A stretch of DNA of 53,495 bases from Prorocentrum cordatum (taxonomy: Eukaryota), in contig CAUYUJ010000311.1 in assembly GCA_963575745.1 (NCBI GenBank), positions 62,001 through 115,495 on the forward strand, given 5' to 3'. The notes under the pieces are model-generated. The model worked only from the letters and a program-made list of their open reading frames with translations. It searched no databases and was not told the origin of the DNA. A program made the position numbers and the translations under genes. Positions within the stretch are counted from its first letter, which is position 1, and each line of letters begins with the position of its first letter. Shown piece by piece: positions 1-12,700 of the stretch.

Positions 1-13
1 GCCCGCGGGCACT

Positions 14-784
14 TTGCGGCACAAGTGGGTCCATCTGGTGGCCGAAGTGGCAGAGGCGCTCGAGCTGGTGGCCGGTTCGGCGCCCCCCGACCAGGCCGCC
101 CGCGCGTGGGCCAGGGCCGCCAGGCCGCGCGAGGACGACGCCGCTTTCTCTGAGACGGTCGACGGGAAGGTGTACGTGCCCGACGCCGAGGGCTTTTCGG
201 TAACCTTGCCAGATGGCGTGCAGACACAGGTCCGCTTCCAGCGGGACGCCTCGGCGCCCACGGGGTTTCGCCCGGAGTGGCTGGTCGCCAACAAATCTTT
301 CCAGATGCCCGCGCACCACTCGCTAGAGACGCGCGTGCCCCGCGCGACCACGCATTTCGAGAAGCCGCACGTAGTGTTGGAGCCGACCGTGGAAGCGCTC
401 GCCCTGCACCAATCGCACCAGGGGGCGTTCAATGTGATGTGCTATAAGCAGCGAGAGGCGGGCCGCGGGCGCGCTGGGGCCGCGCTGGGTGCGGCGCCGC
501 GGCACTTGGGGGAGTTGGCGTCGGCGCTGTGCATATTCAAGTGGCTTACGCCATTCCGCCGACCCGCAGAAGGAGTGAAAGCCACGACGATCGTGGAACA
601 TATCGAAGACGCCTACGGCGAATCACCGCCGCCCCCTGCCTTTTGGGAAGCGCCTATGTGGCCGAACGTCGAGGCCAGACCTGCCAAGCTGTGGGACCAT
701 GTGTTCCCCGAGTCGGTGTGGAAAGCCTTCGGGGAACACGTGGGCATCTTGAAGGTCATCTTGGCCGTCTGGAGGCCATTTTGA
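14..784 (+). pseudogene. Fragment of an unknown GC-rich coding sequence, cut at about 745 by a satellite-bearing insertion; may resume at about 3067
   Basis: Protein-like 256-aa ORF whose tail (ILKVILAVWRPF) is already satellite. Junctions CACGTGGG-CATCTT (about 738-750) and GA-CATCTTCTGC (about 3068) share CATCTT. No family recognised. Confidence 0.3.
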
Positions 785-2930
785 CCCTTTCGGGCCTTCT
801 TGGAGGACGTCTTGGAGGGCTCTTGGACCGTCTTGGAGGCCATCTTGGGCCGTCTTGGAGACCTCTTGGGCCGTCTTGGGGGCCTCTTGGGGCCGCGTCT
901 TGGGCCTCTTGGGCGATCTTTGGGGGCACTTGGGCCGTCTCGGGCCGTCGGAAGGCAGGAAAAAAATACCACAATCCTTCAAAAACCTATGTGAAATCAA
1001 TGATTTTGGCCTTTTCGGGCCTTCCTGGAAGCCCTCTTGGAGGCCTCTTGGGCCGTCTTGGAGGCCTCTGGGGGGCCTCTTGGGCCGTCTCGGAGGCCGT
1101 CTTGGACCATCTTGGGCGAACTTGGAGGCCATCTTGGACCATCTTGGAGGCCATCTTGGGCCAACGTGACCATCCTGGAGGCCATGTTGGGCCGTCTTGG
1201 AGGAAGAATTGGGATTGGGCGATGGCGTGTGCGTCTTGCGGGTCTTGGGAGGCGGCCGGCGGGACGGGCCGAAGCCCACTGGGAGAGTTCTTTTGGAAAA
1301 AGAGCCAAACCCAAAACCGAGGAGGTCCAGCACGCCAGGCACCCCTGCGATGAATCGACAGGGGGCGGCGGACCATCTTGGAGGCCTCTTGGGTGCTGTT
1401 GGGGCGATGTTGGAGACCTCATGGGCCGTCTTGGGCCGTCGGAGAGCTGAAAAGAAGAACATGCCAAAATCCTTCAAAAACCTGAGGAGAATCAATGATT
1501 TTAACCTATTCGGGCCTTCCTGGAGGGCGTCTTGGAGGGCTCTTGGGCCGTCTTGGAGGCCTTTTGCCGGCCTTTTGGGCCGTCTTAGACCATCTTGAGG
1601 CCATCTTGGACCGTCTTGGGTGCATCTTGGAGCCATCTTACCCGTCTTGGAGGCCATCTTGGCCGTCTTGGAGGCATCTTGGAGGCCATCTTGGGCCATC
1701 TTGGCCGTCTTGGAGGCCATCTTGGGCGTCTTGGAGGCCTCTTGGGCCGTCTTGAGGCCCTCTTGGGGCCTTCTTGGGGGCCTCTTGGGCCGTCATGGGG
1801 CCATCTTGGAGGCCTCTTGGGTGCTGTTGGGGCGATGTTGGGGACCTCTTGGGCCGTCTTGGGCCGTCGGAGAGCTGAAAAGAAGAACATGCCAAAATCC
1901 TTCAAAAACCTAAGGAAAATCAATGATTTTAACCTATTCGGGCCTTCCTGGAGGGCGTCTTGGAGGGCTCTTGGGCCGTCTTGGAGGCCTTTTGCCGGCC
2001 TTTTGGGCCGTCTTAGACCATCTTGAGGCCATCTTGGGCCGTCTCGGGTGCATCTTGGAGCCATCTTACCCGTCTTGGAGGCCATCTTGGCCGTCTTGGA
2101 AGCATCTTGGAGCCCATCTTGGGCCATCTTGGCCGTCTTGGAGGCCATCTTGGGCCAAGTTGGGGCAACAAAGGCATTGACAGATGGATTTTCGGAAACT
2201 TGCGGGTGGCCGGCGGGACGGGCCGAAGCCCACTGAGGAGTTCTTTTAGAAGAAGAACCAAAACCAAAACCTGAAACATCCAGCACGCCGTGCACCCCTG
2301 TGGCAAGACCACAGGGGGCGGCGGATTCATTGGCCTTCGGCCCATCCCGCCACCGTACCTGCGTGATGGGTCAGAGGCCTCTTGACTGTTTGTTGGGATC
2401 TCGTGGTAGGCCTCTCGGGGGCTTCTTGGTGCAAGATTTGTAACCTTTTCGAAGCCGTTTTGGGGCCTCGAGTGGGGTTATTGGGGGGTTTGGGGGGCCC
2501 TCATGGGGCCTCCTTGGGCCCTCTCGGGAGGGGGACACTAATACGTTCGGTTCGCGCCCTCCCTCTCTTAGACCATCTTGGTGCCCTCTTGGGTTGTTTT
2601 GGGCTGCACTTGGACCGTCTTAGAGCCCTCTCGGGCGGTCCCCAGGCCGTCTCTGGGGCCTTCTGGGCGGGGCCGATCATGGGGGCCTCTTGGGCCGTCT
2701 TGGGGCGTCGGACAGCCGAAAAGGCAAGAGCGCCAAGAACTTTCAAACATCAAAAGGAAATCAATGAGTTGCTCCTGGGGCTGGGGCGTCTTGGAGGCTT
2801 CGCGTGCCGCCTGGAGGCCATCTTGGGCGTCTTGGAGCGATCGTTCGGCCATTCGCGGCTCTCTTGGAACGTCTTGGAGGCCTTTTGGGGCTCTCTTGGC
2901 CCGTTTTGGGGGCCATTTGGAAACTCCGGG
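746..2930. repeat. Degenerate 10-11 bp GC-rich minisatellite (TTGGGCCGTC / TTGGAGGCCATC) with a higher-order unit of about 430-500 bp
   Basis: Dozens of gggccgtcttggaggccatctt variants. The AT-rich spacer aatccttcaaaaacct...aatcaatgatttt recurs at about 973, 1467, 1896 and, more degenerate, 2740. Confidence 0.92.
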
Positions 2931-3066
2931 GCCACCCCGGCGCGTTCAGGAGCATGACCCCCCATTGAAACGTTTTTTTGCCCCCCGGGGAGGGGGTCAG
3001 GGAGAGGGGGGCAGCCAAGTGTCTCATGCGTCTTTTCACCCCAGGCAACCAGGGGCCGGCGGATTC
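2328..3066 (+). mobile_element. Putative satellite-carrying non-autonomous element, from ATT...CGGCCCATCCCGCCAC to a hairpin plus GGCGGATTC
   Basis: The left motif recurs at 7340-7362, where it truncates the KDZ ORF. The right motif (CCCC-stem-GGGG-GCGGCGGA) recurs at about 1343-1372, 2295-2328 and 3039-3066. Confidence 0.45.
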
Positions 3067-4047
3067 GACATCTTCTGCGGCAGGCACGACGACACCGAGG
3101 AGTACACCTCGAGGAAGATTGCACCGCAGGAGGAGCACGTCGAGCGCGCGGCCCCCCTGTTGAAAGTGGTCCACTAGTTGAAGGTAGCCGCAGCGAGCAC
3201 GGAGGAGGAACCGGAGCCAGCGGCAGCGGATGCAGACACAGCGGAGCAGCGCCGGGTGGAGCTCGCTGCGTTTCTCGAGTCCTCGCAGGGCGCGTTCGAC
3301 GGCCTGTGGACCGCGAGCCAGCACGCGCGCGCGGATCGCCGGCCCGCGGATGCACCTCCTGCTGCCGGCGAAGCCAGCGCCCACGGCGGCGTCTCCAGGG
3401 GCGGGGCAAGGGAGGGGGACCTTGCGGAAGACGACCATGTCTCTCGCGAACTCACAGGAGGAGCCCGGGTCCCCTGGCGGCGAGATTGGCGACGTGAGCG
3501 CCGACGAGGCGTCTGCCCACGCGGCCCATGAGGGCGCCCCCGGGGGTGGCCCAGCGAGCGGCCCTGGCATCCTGGTGTTGGAGGACGTGAAAGGGCTGGA
3601 CTTCGGCTACGGGGCCGACGGGAGCAGCGTTCAAGACGGCCCCTTCCACGCCGCGGCCTCACTGACTGCAACATCATGCGGAGGACGCTGCTCGTAGGCA
3701 CCCCGACCGTCACCATGCGCGCCGCATGCGAGCGGATGAAGTCATCGAGGAGGGGAGGCCAGCGGCCCAAGCACCTCCCAGAGCAGACGTGGCTGCGCGC
3801 GATGGAGGCTGGGCTGCAGGGGAGCCCTGCGGCGCGCCTGGAGGGTCGCGAGATCCATGTCGCGCGCGCCCCCGGGGGCCACGCGGACCGGGTGGCTTAC
3901 CACAATGCTTTGATGCGCTTGCGCGCCCTCCCACTGCGAGACCTCGTGGAGGCCATGAAGAAGGCAAAGGAGAACAGCGATCGGAGGGAACGCGGTCGGG
4001 CAGAGGCAGTCCGCGCTCGCAGGCGCAGCCAGCGGAGGGAGTCATGA
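3067..4047 (+). pseudogene. Degenerate unknown coding remnant (overlapping ORFs 3178-3531, 3230-3697, 3676-4047)
   Basis: GC-rich protein-like stretches broken by stops and frameshifts. No recognisable domain. Confidence 0.25.
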
Positions 4048-4380
4048 GTGCCCGGCCGGACCGGGGACCCGAGATGCGTAGAACGACATTCGCGCCCGCA
4101 GCCAAGCCTGCGCTGCCGCCGCTCTCCCCTGGGGCGGGCGCTGCAAAGTGTAAGCTTTGCGTGCGTGGGCAGGCGGCGAGGTATGTGCGCGCGGGTTTGC
4201 GTGGCGTCCTCGTAAGCAAGACTGCATTGGTGGCACGCGTACAGTATATGGTCAGGAACGGTCGGATTTCCCAGCGTCCTCGTAAGTAGGACTGCGTTCG
4301 TTGCACATGTGCAGTCACGGATCGTCGCGTCCGCTTTGAAAAAATGAAGGCCCCAGCAGTCATGGTTCGTTGGCGGTGCC

Positions 4381-5383
4381 CGCCTGTCAGCGCTACGATG
4401 TCGCCACATGTCAATCTTCTCGCCCGGATCTTACGGGGGCCCCTTTGGGGCGCTACGGGGGCCACCTTGGAGCGCCCCCGCTGGGCCTCCATCGGGCGAT
4501 AGTGGGGCACTCATCACACAGAGCAATTAACTTGCATGTTAAGTGCGGGACGGTTCTAGGCGCGTGCCCCGCGGGTGCCTTCCAGGACCGCCCCCGGGTA
4601 GGAGCGCGCCCCGTGGGCGCCTTCTGCCGTCTTATGAACGTAGGTGCGCGAAGACTGTTGACCACGAGCGCAGGGGCAACAGCAGGGAGTGGCCAGAGGC
4701 AGCGGCAAAGCGCCGCCTGTCAGCGCTGCGATATCGCCCAATATCAATCCTCTCGCCCGGATCTAACGGGGGCCCCTGTGGGGCGCTACGAGGCCGCCTT
4801 GGAGCGCCCCCGTTGGGCCTCTATCGGGCGATAGTGGGGTACTCATCACGCAGAGCTATGTAAGCGCACGTTAAGCGTGGGACGGTTCTAGGCGTGTGCC
4901 CCGCGGGCGCCTTCCAGGACCGCCCCCCCGGGTAGGAACGCGCCCTTTGGGCGCCTTCTGTCGCCCCACGAACGTTGGCGCGCAAAGACTGTTGACCACG
5001 AGCGAGGAGAGCAGCAGAAGGGAGGGGCCAGAGGCAGCGGCAAAGCGCCGCCTGTCAGCGCTGCGACGTCGCTCAGCATCAATCTTCTCGCCCGGATCTA
5101 ACGGGGGCCCCTTTGAGGCGCTAGGGGGGCCGCCTTGGAGCGCCCCCGTTGGGCCTCTATCAGGCGATAGTGGGGCACTCCTCGCGCAGGGTTATGAAAT
5201 TGCACGTTAAGTGTGGGGCGGTCCTAGGCGTGTGCCCCGCGGGCGCCTTCCAGGGCCGCCCCCCGGGTAGGGGCATGCCCCGTGTGCGCCTTCTGCCGTC
5301 TCATGAACGTCAGTGCGCAAAGACTGTTGACCACGAGCGTAGAGAGCAGCAGAAGGGGCCAGAGGCAGCGGCAAAGCGCCGCC
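4381..5383. repeat. Three tandem copies of a unit of about 334 bp
   Basis: cgcctgtcagcgct starts at 4381, 4714 and 5049. The fourth copy is cut at about 5383 by a spliced-leader relic. Confidence 0.92.
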
Positions 5384-5399
5384 GCCATTTTGGCTCAAG
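5384..5399 (+). other. Relict dinoflagellate spliced leader (3' 16 nt of DinoSL)
   Basis: GCCATTTTGGCTCAAG is an exact match to the 3' end of DinoSL (DCCGTAGCCATTTTGGCTCAAG) and lies about 100 nt upstream of ATG 5498. Confidence 0.88.
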
Positions 5400-5497
5400 A
5401 CCGTCAGATCGTCGTCGTCGTGCTTCCCTACTGGGACCCGCACGCCTGGCGCCCCCCTGGAATCGCAGGTTAAGGGCCTTGCGTTCTATCGCACCGC

Positions 5498-7340
5498 ATG
5501 CCACACAAGCGTTCTGCCGACAAGCAGCTCGAAGCTGCGGTGAAGAGTGCGCGGTACTTGGGCGCCAAACACGAGTCCAAGTGCCAGACCGCCCAAGCCA
5601 TCCTGGAAGGGCGCCTGTCCGAGATCACCGTGGAGCAGGTCTTGGACGCCCTCAGGAGGCTCGAAGCGACCGCGCGGCAGGATGAACCTGTCCGGCCCCC
5701 CCTCCGCCCAGGCCTCGCCCAGCGAAGGCCCGACGGAGAACCAGCGCCTTCCTCTGCCAGCACATCCTCCCCAACACCTTCCTCTACCAGCACATCTTCC
5801 CCAGCGCGTCCCTCCACCGGGGCGCCCTCCTCGAGCTCCGCCGGGACCGCGCCCTAGCCTTCGGTTGCTCGACACGGCAGGGGCGCCCGCCTTGCAGGTC
5901 CCAGCCTTTGACTTTTCGGCTGCCGCTGAAAGCCGCCATGGCAACCCGAGCGTTGGCCAGTGCGCTGCGCGGTTGCGGAGGACAGTGGAGGCTGGAGACC
6001 CGGCCTGTCTCTTATCGGGGCCTGCCCATGACCATTTGGTTTCGGCCTTGGTCTCTGCTGGCGCGCGCCCTGACATCCCGATTTTTGGCGGGGAGGAAAG
6101 CCCCGGCGATTGATTACACATTTCGGACAAGTGCCCTGCGTGCGACAAGCGAATGGTGAAGCGGCCGGGCTCCGGATCAGATGCCATCATCTTGGACGAA
6201 GGCGGTCCCGTTTGTAAGACTCACGTCCCTTACCGCTGCAATTCGATGGACTGTCCAAAGCGCGGTTTGGTACATTGGCACAACTACTACGTGGACGCTG
6301 GACGACACATTTTCCAAAGGGACGTCGCGGCCATGAAGTGCATCATGCTTACCGCGAGTTTCGGGATCACAACAGAGTACCTGGAGGCTTTGCACGAGCG
6401 AATGCTGAGGGAACACGTATCCTTTGCCGGCGAAGCTGACGTGGCGCGCGCCCGTGCTGGTGGAACTGCGCTGCCAGCCGACTTGCGGAAGTACCTGTCA
6501 AAAGGCTGGTTCGTGTGGCGGTTGGCCAGGCGCGTCGGCGATTTGGGCCTGAGGACACCACTGTGCTCGACTTGATGCAACCACTTGAAGAGCAGATCGA
6601 GGCCACGCGGGACCAGCTCGAATTAACGTTCGAGCGTAGAACCGCAGAGAGGGCCCGAGCAGCAGGCATGAAGACCGATGTGGTTGTGGTGGATGGCAAC
6701 GCCAAGAATCGCAGGCTGACGCGCGCAGCGCCTCTGCGCCACTGTGCGACGTGCCCGCGCTTAGTTCGGCGGGTGTGCGTGGGCTGCCCCCGGACGCCGC
6801 TGCTGGGCATTGCGTTTTGTGGAGAGCATGCCCTGCGAGTACCCGGCCGTGGACTACGAGGTGGTGGGGCACGAGGCGCCCGAGGCGGGGGGCATGGGTT
6901 TGGACGGCTTGTTGAAACTGTTGGTGCGTGAGCGCCGGGGCGAACTCAGGGAGCTGTGGGCGTCGGAATCGGCCGTGGACCCGGGCATCGTGAACGTCTA
7001 CTTCCACGGTCTCGGGGAAGATCACAGAGCGGCCAACGCGGGCCGGCGGGGGGCAAAGGCCAGGTTGAGACGGGCGGCGGCCAGCGAGGTGCGTCGTCAA
7101 CTCGACGCCGCGGCCCCTGCGTGGGATGCCCTCACGCCGGTGGAGCGGGAGCAGTTCCTTTCGGAGATGTCGTGCGAGGCCGACCTGAAGGCCGTGGCGT
7201 GCAACACCCACAAGGAGGACGACTCGCAGCAGGCGAAGTGCGCACGGACCGCCGGCGTACTATGCGCTGGCCTGTCCTCTGGTATCGTCGCGTCCATGCG
7301 GGAAGTGTTCGGCTGCGAATCCTTGAGCCAAAGGTATCTA
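5498..7340 (+). pseudogene. Disrupted KDZ (Kyakuja-Dileera-Zisupton)-type transposase gene with CxC5/CxC6-like cysteine clusters, 3'-truncated
   Basis: Successive frames give YRCNSMDC...HWHNYYV (6153-6575), VVVDGNAKNRR...CVGCPRTPLLGIAFCGEH (frame of 6515-6931) and CNTHKE...RTAGVLCAGLSSGIVASMREVFGCESLSQRY (6810-7340). These resemble motifs I recognise from KDZ-associated proteins. There are several frameshifts and a repeat insertion cuts it at about 7340. Confidence 0.65.
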
Positions 7341-7482
7341 ATTGCTCGGCCCATCCCGCCACGATGCCTGCGGGGGCCTCTTGGACCGTCTTGGGCCGTC
7401 TCGGGGCCCTCTTGGGCCGTCTTGGGGCCTTCTTGCGGGCCTCTTGGGCCATATTGGGTGATCTTGGGGGCCTCTGGAATCG
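7340..7482. repeat. Short copy of the 10-11 bp GC minisatellite element
   Basis: cggcccatcccgccac followed by cttgggccgtc repeats, as at 2338-2930. Confidence 0.8.
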
Positions 7483-7889
7483 TACCTCGTAGAGCTCTTC
7501 GTCATCGATGAGCTAGAGGAATTCCGGCGCGGGGTGGAAGGATGTTGGTCGACCCGACCAGAAGAGACAATGTGACAACTTTGGGTCGGTTTGCTAAGAT
7601 TTGAAAGATATTGGACAATTCATTAAGAAAGCAGAATTTTACGCCGAGCATTGGCATATAAACTTTGTTCCCTCAGCAGCTCAGCTCTCTAGAGCCAGTT
7701 CTAGTACCAGTCCACTCCCGCGAACCGACTTCATGTTGACTCCGAAAAATCTCAATTTCACGTTTGTTCTAAAAAAGCTCCCAGAAGCTCTCCGCTTCGA
7801 TCCTGAGCTTTCTTACGGGAGCAGGGAGCTCTACGACTCTACGAGGTTCCCGGCGGTGACCAGGTTGACGGTTCACCGCCGGCGCCAGT
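7483..7889 (+). mobile_element. Complete non-autonomous Helitron2/Helentron-like element of about 400 bp (family H2), with an empty target hairpin
   Basis: 5' terminal TACCTCGTAGAGCTC. The subterminal inverted copy CTCTACGAGGT is followed by hairpin CCGGCGGTGA-ccaggttgacggt-TCACCGCCGG and the end CCAG|T. Confidence 0.6.
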
Positions 7890-7992
7890 TTTCGCGCGTA
7901 GGAAAATCGAGGGGCGACAAGGCCACGTGCAACAACAATAAGAGAAACGCAAAGTTATAACATATGGTTTCTCGGACCGTCTTCGGGGAAGC

Positions 7993-8098
7993 GGAGCCCG
8001 GAGCCCCCCGGAGCCCGGAGCCCGGACCCCGGAGGCCGGAGCCCGGAGCCCTGATCCAGGAGCCGGGGCCCCGGACCCCGGACCCCGGACCCCGGGCC
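7993..8098. repeat. 7-bp GC-rich microsatellite (GGAGCCC / GGACCCC)n
   Basis: Directly visible tandem heptamers. Confidence 0.85.
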
Positions 8099-8335
8099 CT
8101 GCACCCCCCTGCAGGTAGACGGCCCAAGGCAGGAGTGGACACTAATAACATGTCGAGCTTCCCGCTGAGGCGCCTTGCACACAGTATCTACAAATATCTA
8201 TTCTTCAGGAATAGACGCTTTTCGAAATGATTGTGCTCCCGCCGAGGCGCCGTGCACACAGTATCAAAAAAAAAAATAAATAAATCCTGGGCAGTATCTA
8301 GAAACTGGAGCCGGCAGTGAACCGCCAACCTGGTC

Positions 8336-9494
8336 TGCGATGTCTGCGTTGGCCGATTCGAGCTCCCTGGAGAGCAGGCCGGGACACAGAGAACCTAAAC
8401 AGCAAGGCTGCAAAGATTAAAGCAGAGATGCATTCAAACAGCGAAGCGGCACAGATATGCACAAGACTGCAAGTACACGAGAAAACAACTAACAAAAAAA
8501 TGAGAGAAGCAGTACAGACCATAGATATGGAAGCAAAGCTAGAAGCAGTGAGAGACCATACAGTAACCACTGGTTTATACAGCGATTACCGTCTCAACAC
8601 CACTGAGAAAAAAACACGAAAGTAAGAGAACTGAAATAGCGAATGCGCTTCAAAGCAATGCGAGACCATGCAGTAACCACATATAGCGATTACCGTCTCA
8701 GCACCACTGAAAGACAATGCACGTGAAACACAACGTCAAAATGTGGACTAGATAACGAATTAAGCGGGCAACATACAGAGTGAGCCAAGACACCCACCAC
8801 TACTTAGAGCGAACGCGGGCTCTTATCCCAACAAAGTGGAGATCAGGCGAAGCTCTTATTCAACACACGCGCATGCACGACAACACACACAGGCATGAAG
8901 AAAGGCAACGCAATGACAAATCACAAGAGTTCGAACTCGAAGTATGTGGAAATCAAATGCAATGAAATCTGAACTTCACTCGAGGCGAAGTATGAAATCG
9001 GATGCCCAAAGACCTCAATATCAAGATACTCAAATGTCACAAAATTGTCAAAGTACCTCAATGTCAAAGAAACCACACGTGTACAAGAGCAATAATGAAA
9101 CGAAAGAAACGATTCCAACCACCCCTCGAAGTTTCCCACTGCGTTGTGAATAAGAGTACTCAGACTGCGACCAAAGTCAAAATTGGATACGTGCTGAGAG
9201 CAACTCGTACAAGATAACAAGTGCGGCAAGTACAATCACAAGCGGCCTGGAAGTGCAAGCAGACAATGCAACAAGTACAAAACAAGCGGCCTGGAAGTAC
9301 AGGATAACAAATGCAGCAAGTACGCTCAAAGCAAGCGGCCTATGCACCTGCTCCAATGGGAGCTGTCTCACTTGACACAACAGAGAACCTGGTGCCTATC
9401 GTCTGTAGGCCCACGGAGAGGAGGTCGTCGCAGCCGACGAAGTACCCGAAGATATGGGACGGCCCAGTGGCGTACGATACGTGTGTGTGCACAG
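8336..9494 (-). mobile_element. Non-autonomous retroposon A
   Basis: Flanked by CAACCTGGTC at 8326-8335 and 9495-9504. Its 3' stem-loop resembles E1/B/C. It shares internal repeats with B/C and gcagccgacgaagtac with the E1 5' region (about 9430 vs 15485). Confidence 0.75.
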
Positions 9495-9734
9495 CAACCT
9501 GGTCTGCGGTCTGCGGGGCCCGATTCGAGCCCCCTTAGGGGGCAGGGCCAGCGGTAGGATCACCTACAGGCAACCTAAGCACTAACAGCGGAGCTGTGCG
9601 ATATACAAGTCAGCGTAGCTTTGCATATATGATACAACAGCGTAGCTGCACAGGAATATACACACATCAAGAAACAGTGGGGCTAAGCATGTATCTTACA
9701 ACAGCGGAGCTATGCAGATATTATACACAAACAG

Positions 9735-12700
9735 TCACCTGCCAAGTTGTACGTGTATACACATCTCGGCAATGCCATTGAGAAGAGAATGTGCAGCTGC
9801 CAACTCAGCCTGTGTGATCGTGCAATGGCTAGGGATCATGAAACCTCTGCGGCCAACTCCAGGGTGCCATCCACCCTGCACAAGTCCAGGGGGAAGCTGG
9901 TGAGGAGGAAGAGAGGGAACAAGATAAACATCAATAACCCAGCCACACGAGGTGCCACGCTCACACCGCCCACCGTCAAAAGCTCCTCTAAGTGCACGAA
10001 CAATATAATGACCCGTCTAATATGATAAAGAGTGTTATGATTCCAACGAACATCAGAAGTTACTTTACCCTCACGTGCAAGATGTGTCTCATAGTCCGCC
10101 TCATCGTTGCCCTCCCTATACACCCATTTCCACATATCCCTTCCCACTTCAGCCGTGACAAGATGATGGTCCTCACTCATTCTGTGGAGGCGGTTCTGCA
10201 TACCCTTGATCGTGCGGCGGTATACTTCATTATGACAGCGATATCTTCCATTAAGCCAGCGCACAACACACTGGCTATCCCCACGGAGCTCCAAGCCATA
10301 TCCACCCCCTTCCCCACGCCAAGTGGTTTCATCATCATTTATCGCGGCCAGTCGTTTCGCCACCCGTTCATTTTCCCGTCGTTGCTGCTCCTCAGACTTC
10401 TCCTCCCCCTCCTCCTCCTGCTTGAACTCACCCGTGAAGGGATCCCGAAGAAGGCAGAACTCGAGAAGATCATCCAAGTCCAGGGCGGCCAGGGTACCCA
10501 CCAGGAAAGAACGCCAGCCAGTTTCATTCCAGACCATCGTGCGATCCCAATGAACCCCGCGCGTGTGCTCGAAGACCTCGAACCAAGGCCTGAGTCCCGT
10601 CAAGACTCGATGACGACAGGCTCTAGTAAACCTTCGGCCCCCAGGGAGAGCTCTAACATGTACGTCACGCTGCTCAGTCCACTCCCCCGACGCGTGCATC
10701 ATCGTCAAGGCGCTCTGCATACTGGCAGTGGGCAATCCTCCTTCCTCCTCCCGTGCATAGGTATGGCGTACCCGCTTACGAACAGGCTCATGTACATGTT
10801 GTGAATCGTGATGCTCATATGCCGTGTTCTCCGATATACGTCTGCGAACTGATCTACTTTCCAAGGAAGATGCGCTCTGTGCCTTTCTCCTACACGAACT
10901 GTTGAGCTGTCTGGCATTCGGGGTAGGCGAGGGAACCGATAACTCCAAGAAACGCTGCGAACCACCAAAAATATCAGGATCTCGTGGCTCATGATAAAGA
11001 ATGCCCTGACTGAGTGCGTCCTCATCCACCCGACTATGTTCCTCATGGATTGTGCTCACAACATGTTTGGCGAAGAGCCACTGGCGATGAAGGGCGAGCT
11101 GGACCATCGAAGGCTTACGGGCCCACTTCAATAAGCGACGGCCACCCTTAATCCTCCTGCCCCAGTACTCTCCCCAGGACTCCGTGATCTTCTTTTTGAG
11201 ACGTCTCATGGTGGACAAGAAGTTGCCTTCAGCTGCATGTATCTGTTGGAGACTACTCGAATCCAGAGTCGTACCCTCCAAGCCGTACAGAAAGCAACTT
11301 CTGACCCTGCTATCATAACGCTGAAACTTACAACGAAGCGGAACCACGGGCGACGAGTAAAAAGAAATCTCACTCATGAAGACCCTCCGTGCCTTCTCCA
11401 GTCGGTGCTTAATGTCGTCATGATCCTGAAATCGTACATCCAATAGCGTGCCGAGAACCTCCATCCTCTCCACCTGCTTCACTATCATCTCCTCCGAAGG
11501 GCCTGCGGCGCTCTGGGAAGCCCCACGAGAACGCTTCCTACCCATCTCAGCAGGCAGGAGCCCCGGCACAGGCAGGCGGATATCCTGCAATGGACCTTGA
11601 ACGCCACAAGCCAAGAACTCCATCGAAGATGCTTTCCAGTTGAAACCGAAGCGGTGGAGGACCCCAGTCAAGTCCTCAAGCATATGAGTCAGTTCTCGCC
11701 TGGAAGATGCTGCCAGCAAAATATTGTCTGCCCACAGCCAGTGGTTGACCAAGAGATTGGATGCCTCATCAGTGAGCCTGACGCCGTATCCAGACTGCCT
11801 CCAACCTGCCGTCACTGGTGCAAGCATACGAAGTGTCTGGGCAACAAACAGCAAAGGCGCCTCCAAGGAGCCTGTACGTATGCAAGTATCCCACGAGATG
11901 GTCGTAGAACACTGTTGGAAGCTGATCTCTGCCGTATTACAAGCATAACTCTCAAAGACAGCATACACAAGGGCAGGATGGACATGATGGAATAAAAGCG
12001 CCTCTGCTGCACATCTCACCGTGAAATTATCAAACGCCTTTTCAATGTCAGCACTTGCAAGATAAAGACTCTCCTCCTTCCCCCACACAACGCCGTGTTG
12101 AGCAAGACGTTTGAGGGGGGCCGTGACCTCATAACATTTGTGCCCCGCAATAAAGCCATATAAGTTGCAACCTGGCGGTGCAGCCTGCCGAACGCGGTGC
12201 TCTAGAAGTACACATAGACAACTGCTATACCACTTACCAAAATGAGAAAGAAGTGAGAGGGCCCGCGTTTCTTCAAAATCACGAGCCTTGGGATTCTTAG
12301 GCATCAAGCATACCAAGATCTCTCTCCAGGACTTCGGTGAAACATGTTTCTGATCGTACAGCAAACGGAATAAGGTAAGTATGTGTCGGAGGGCTTCCCA
12401 TGGCAATGCTTTGAGCACCGATGACGTCACCCCGTCTGCACCTGTTGCCCGTCCTTCCCTGAGTCTAGACCGTGCCTCCAGCAAGAGACCCATGTTGATC
12501 GGGTTGCGGTGGGGCTCTCCAGAGTCTCGCAGGGCCTTACACTGGTTCTTAAGCTCATCCAAGCACGCGTTGGTGTCCTGTCGGTGGGGATCGCTGGAGT
12601 ACCTCAGGAGCCCATGCCGCCGAAGGCCCTCAATCCACTTCTCCTGGTCACGCGTGAGGACCCCGTCAACATACATGTGCGTAATAACAGGCCTACGACG

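Noticed and set aside
529..2957. Many long overlapping ORFs
   Set aside because: Artefacts of the GC minisatellite: open in several frames on both strands with repetitive translations.
7322..7332. CTTGAGCCAAA as an antisense spliced-leader relic
   Set aside because: Only 11 nt, and it encodes the SLSQ motif of the KDZ-like ORF, so it is probably coincidental.
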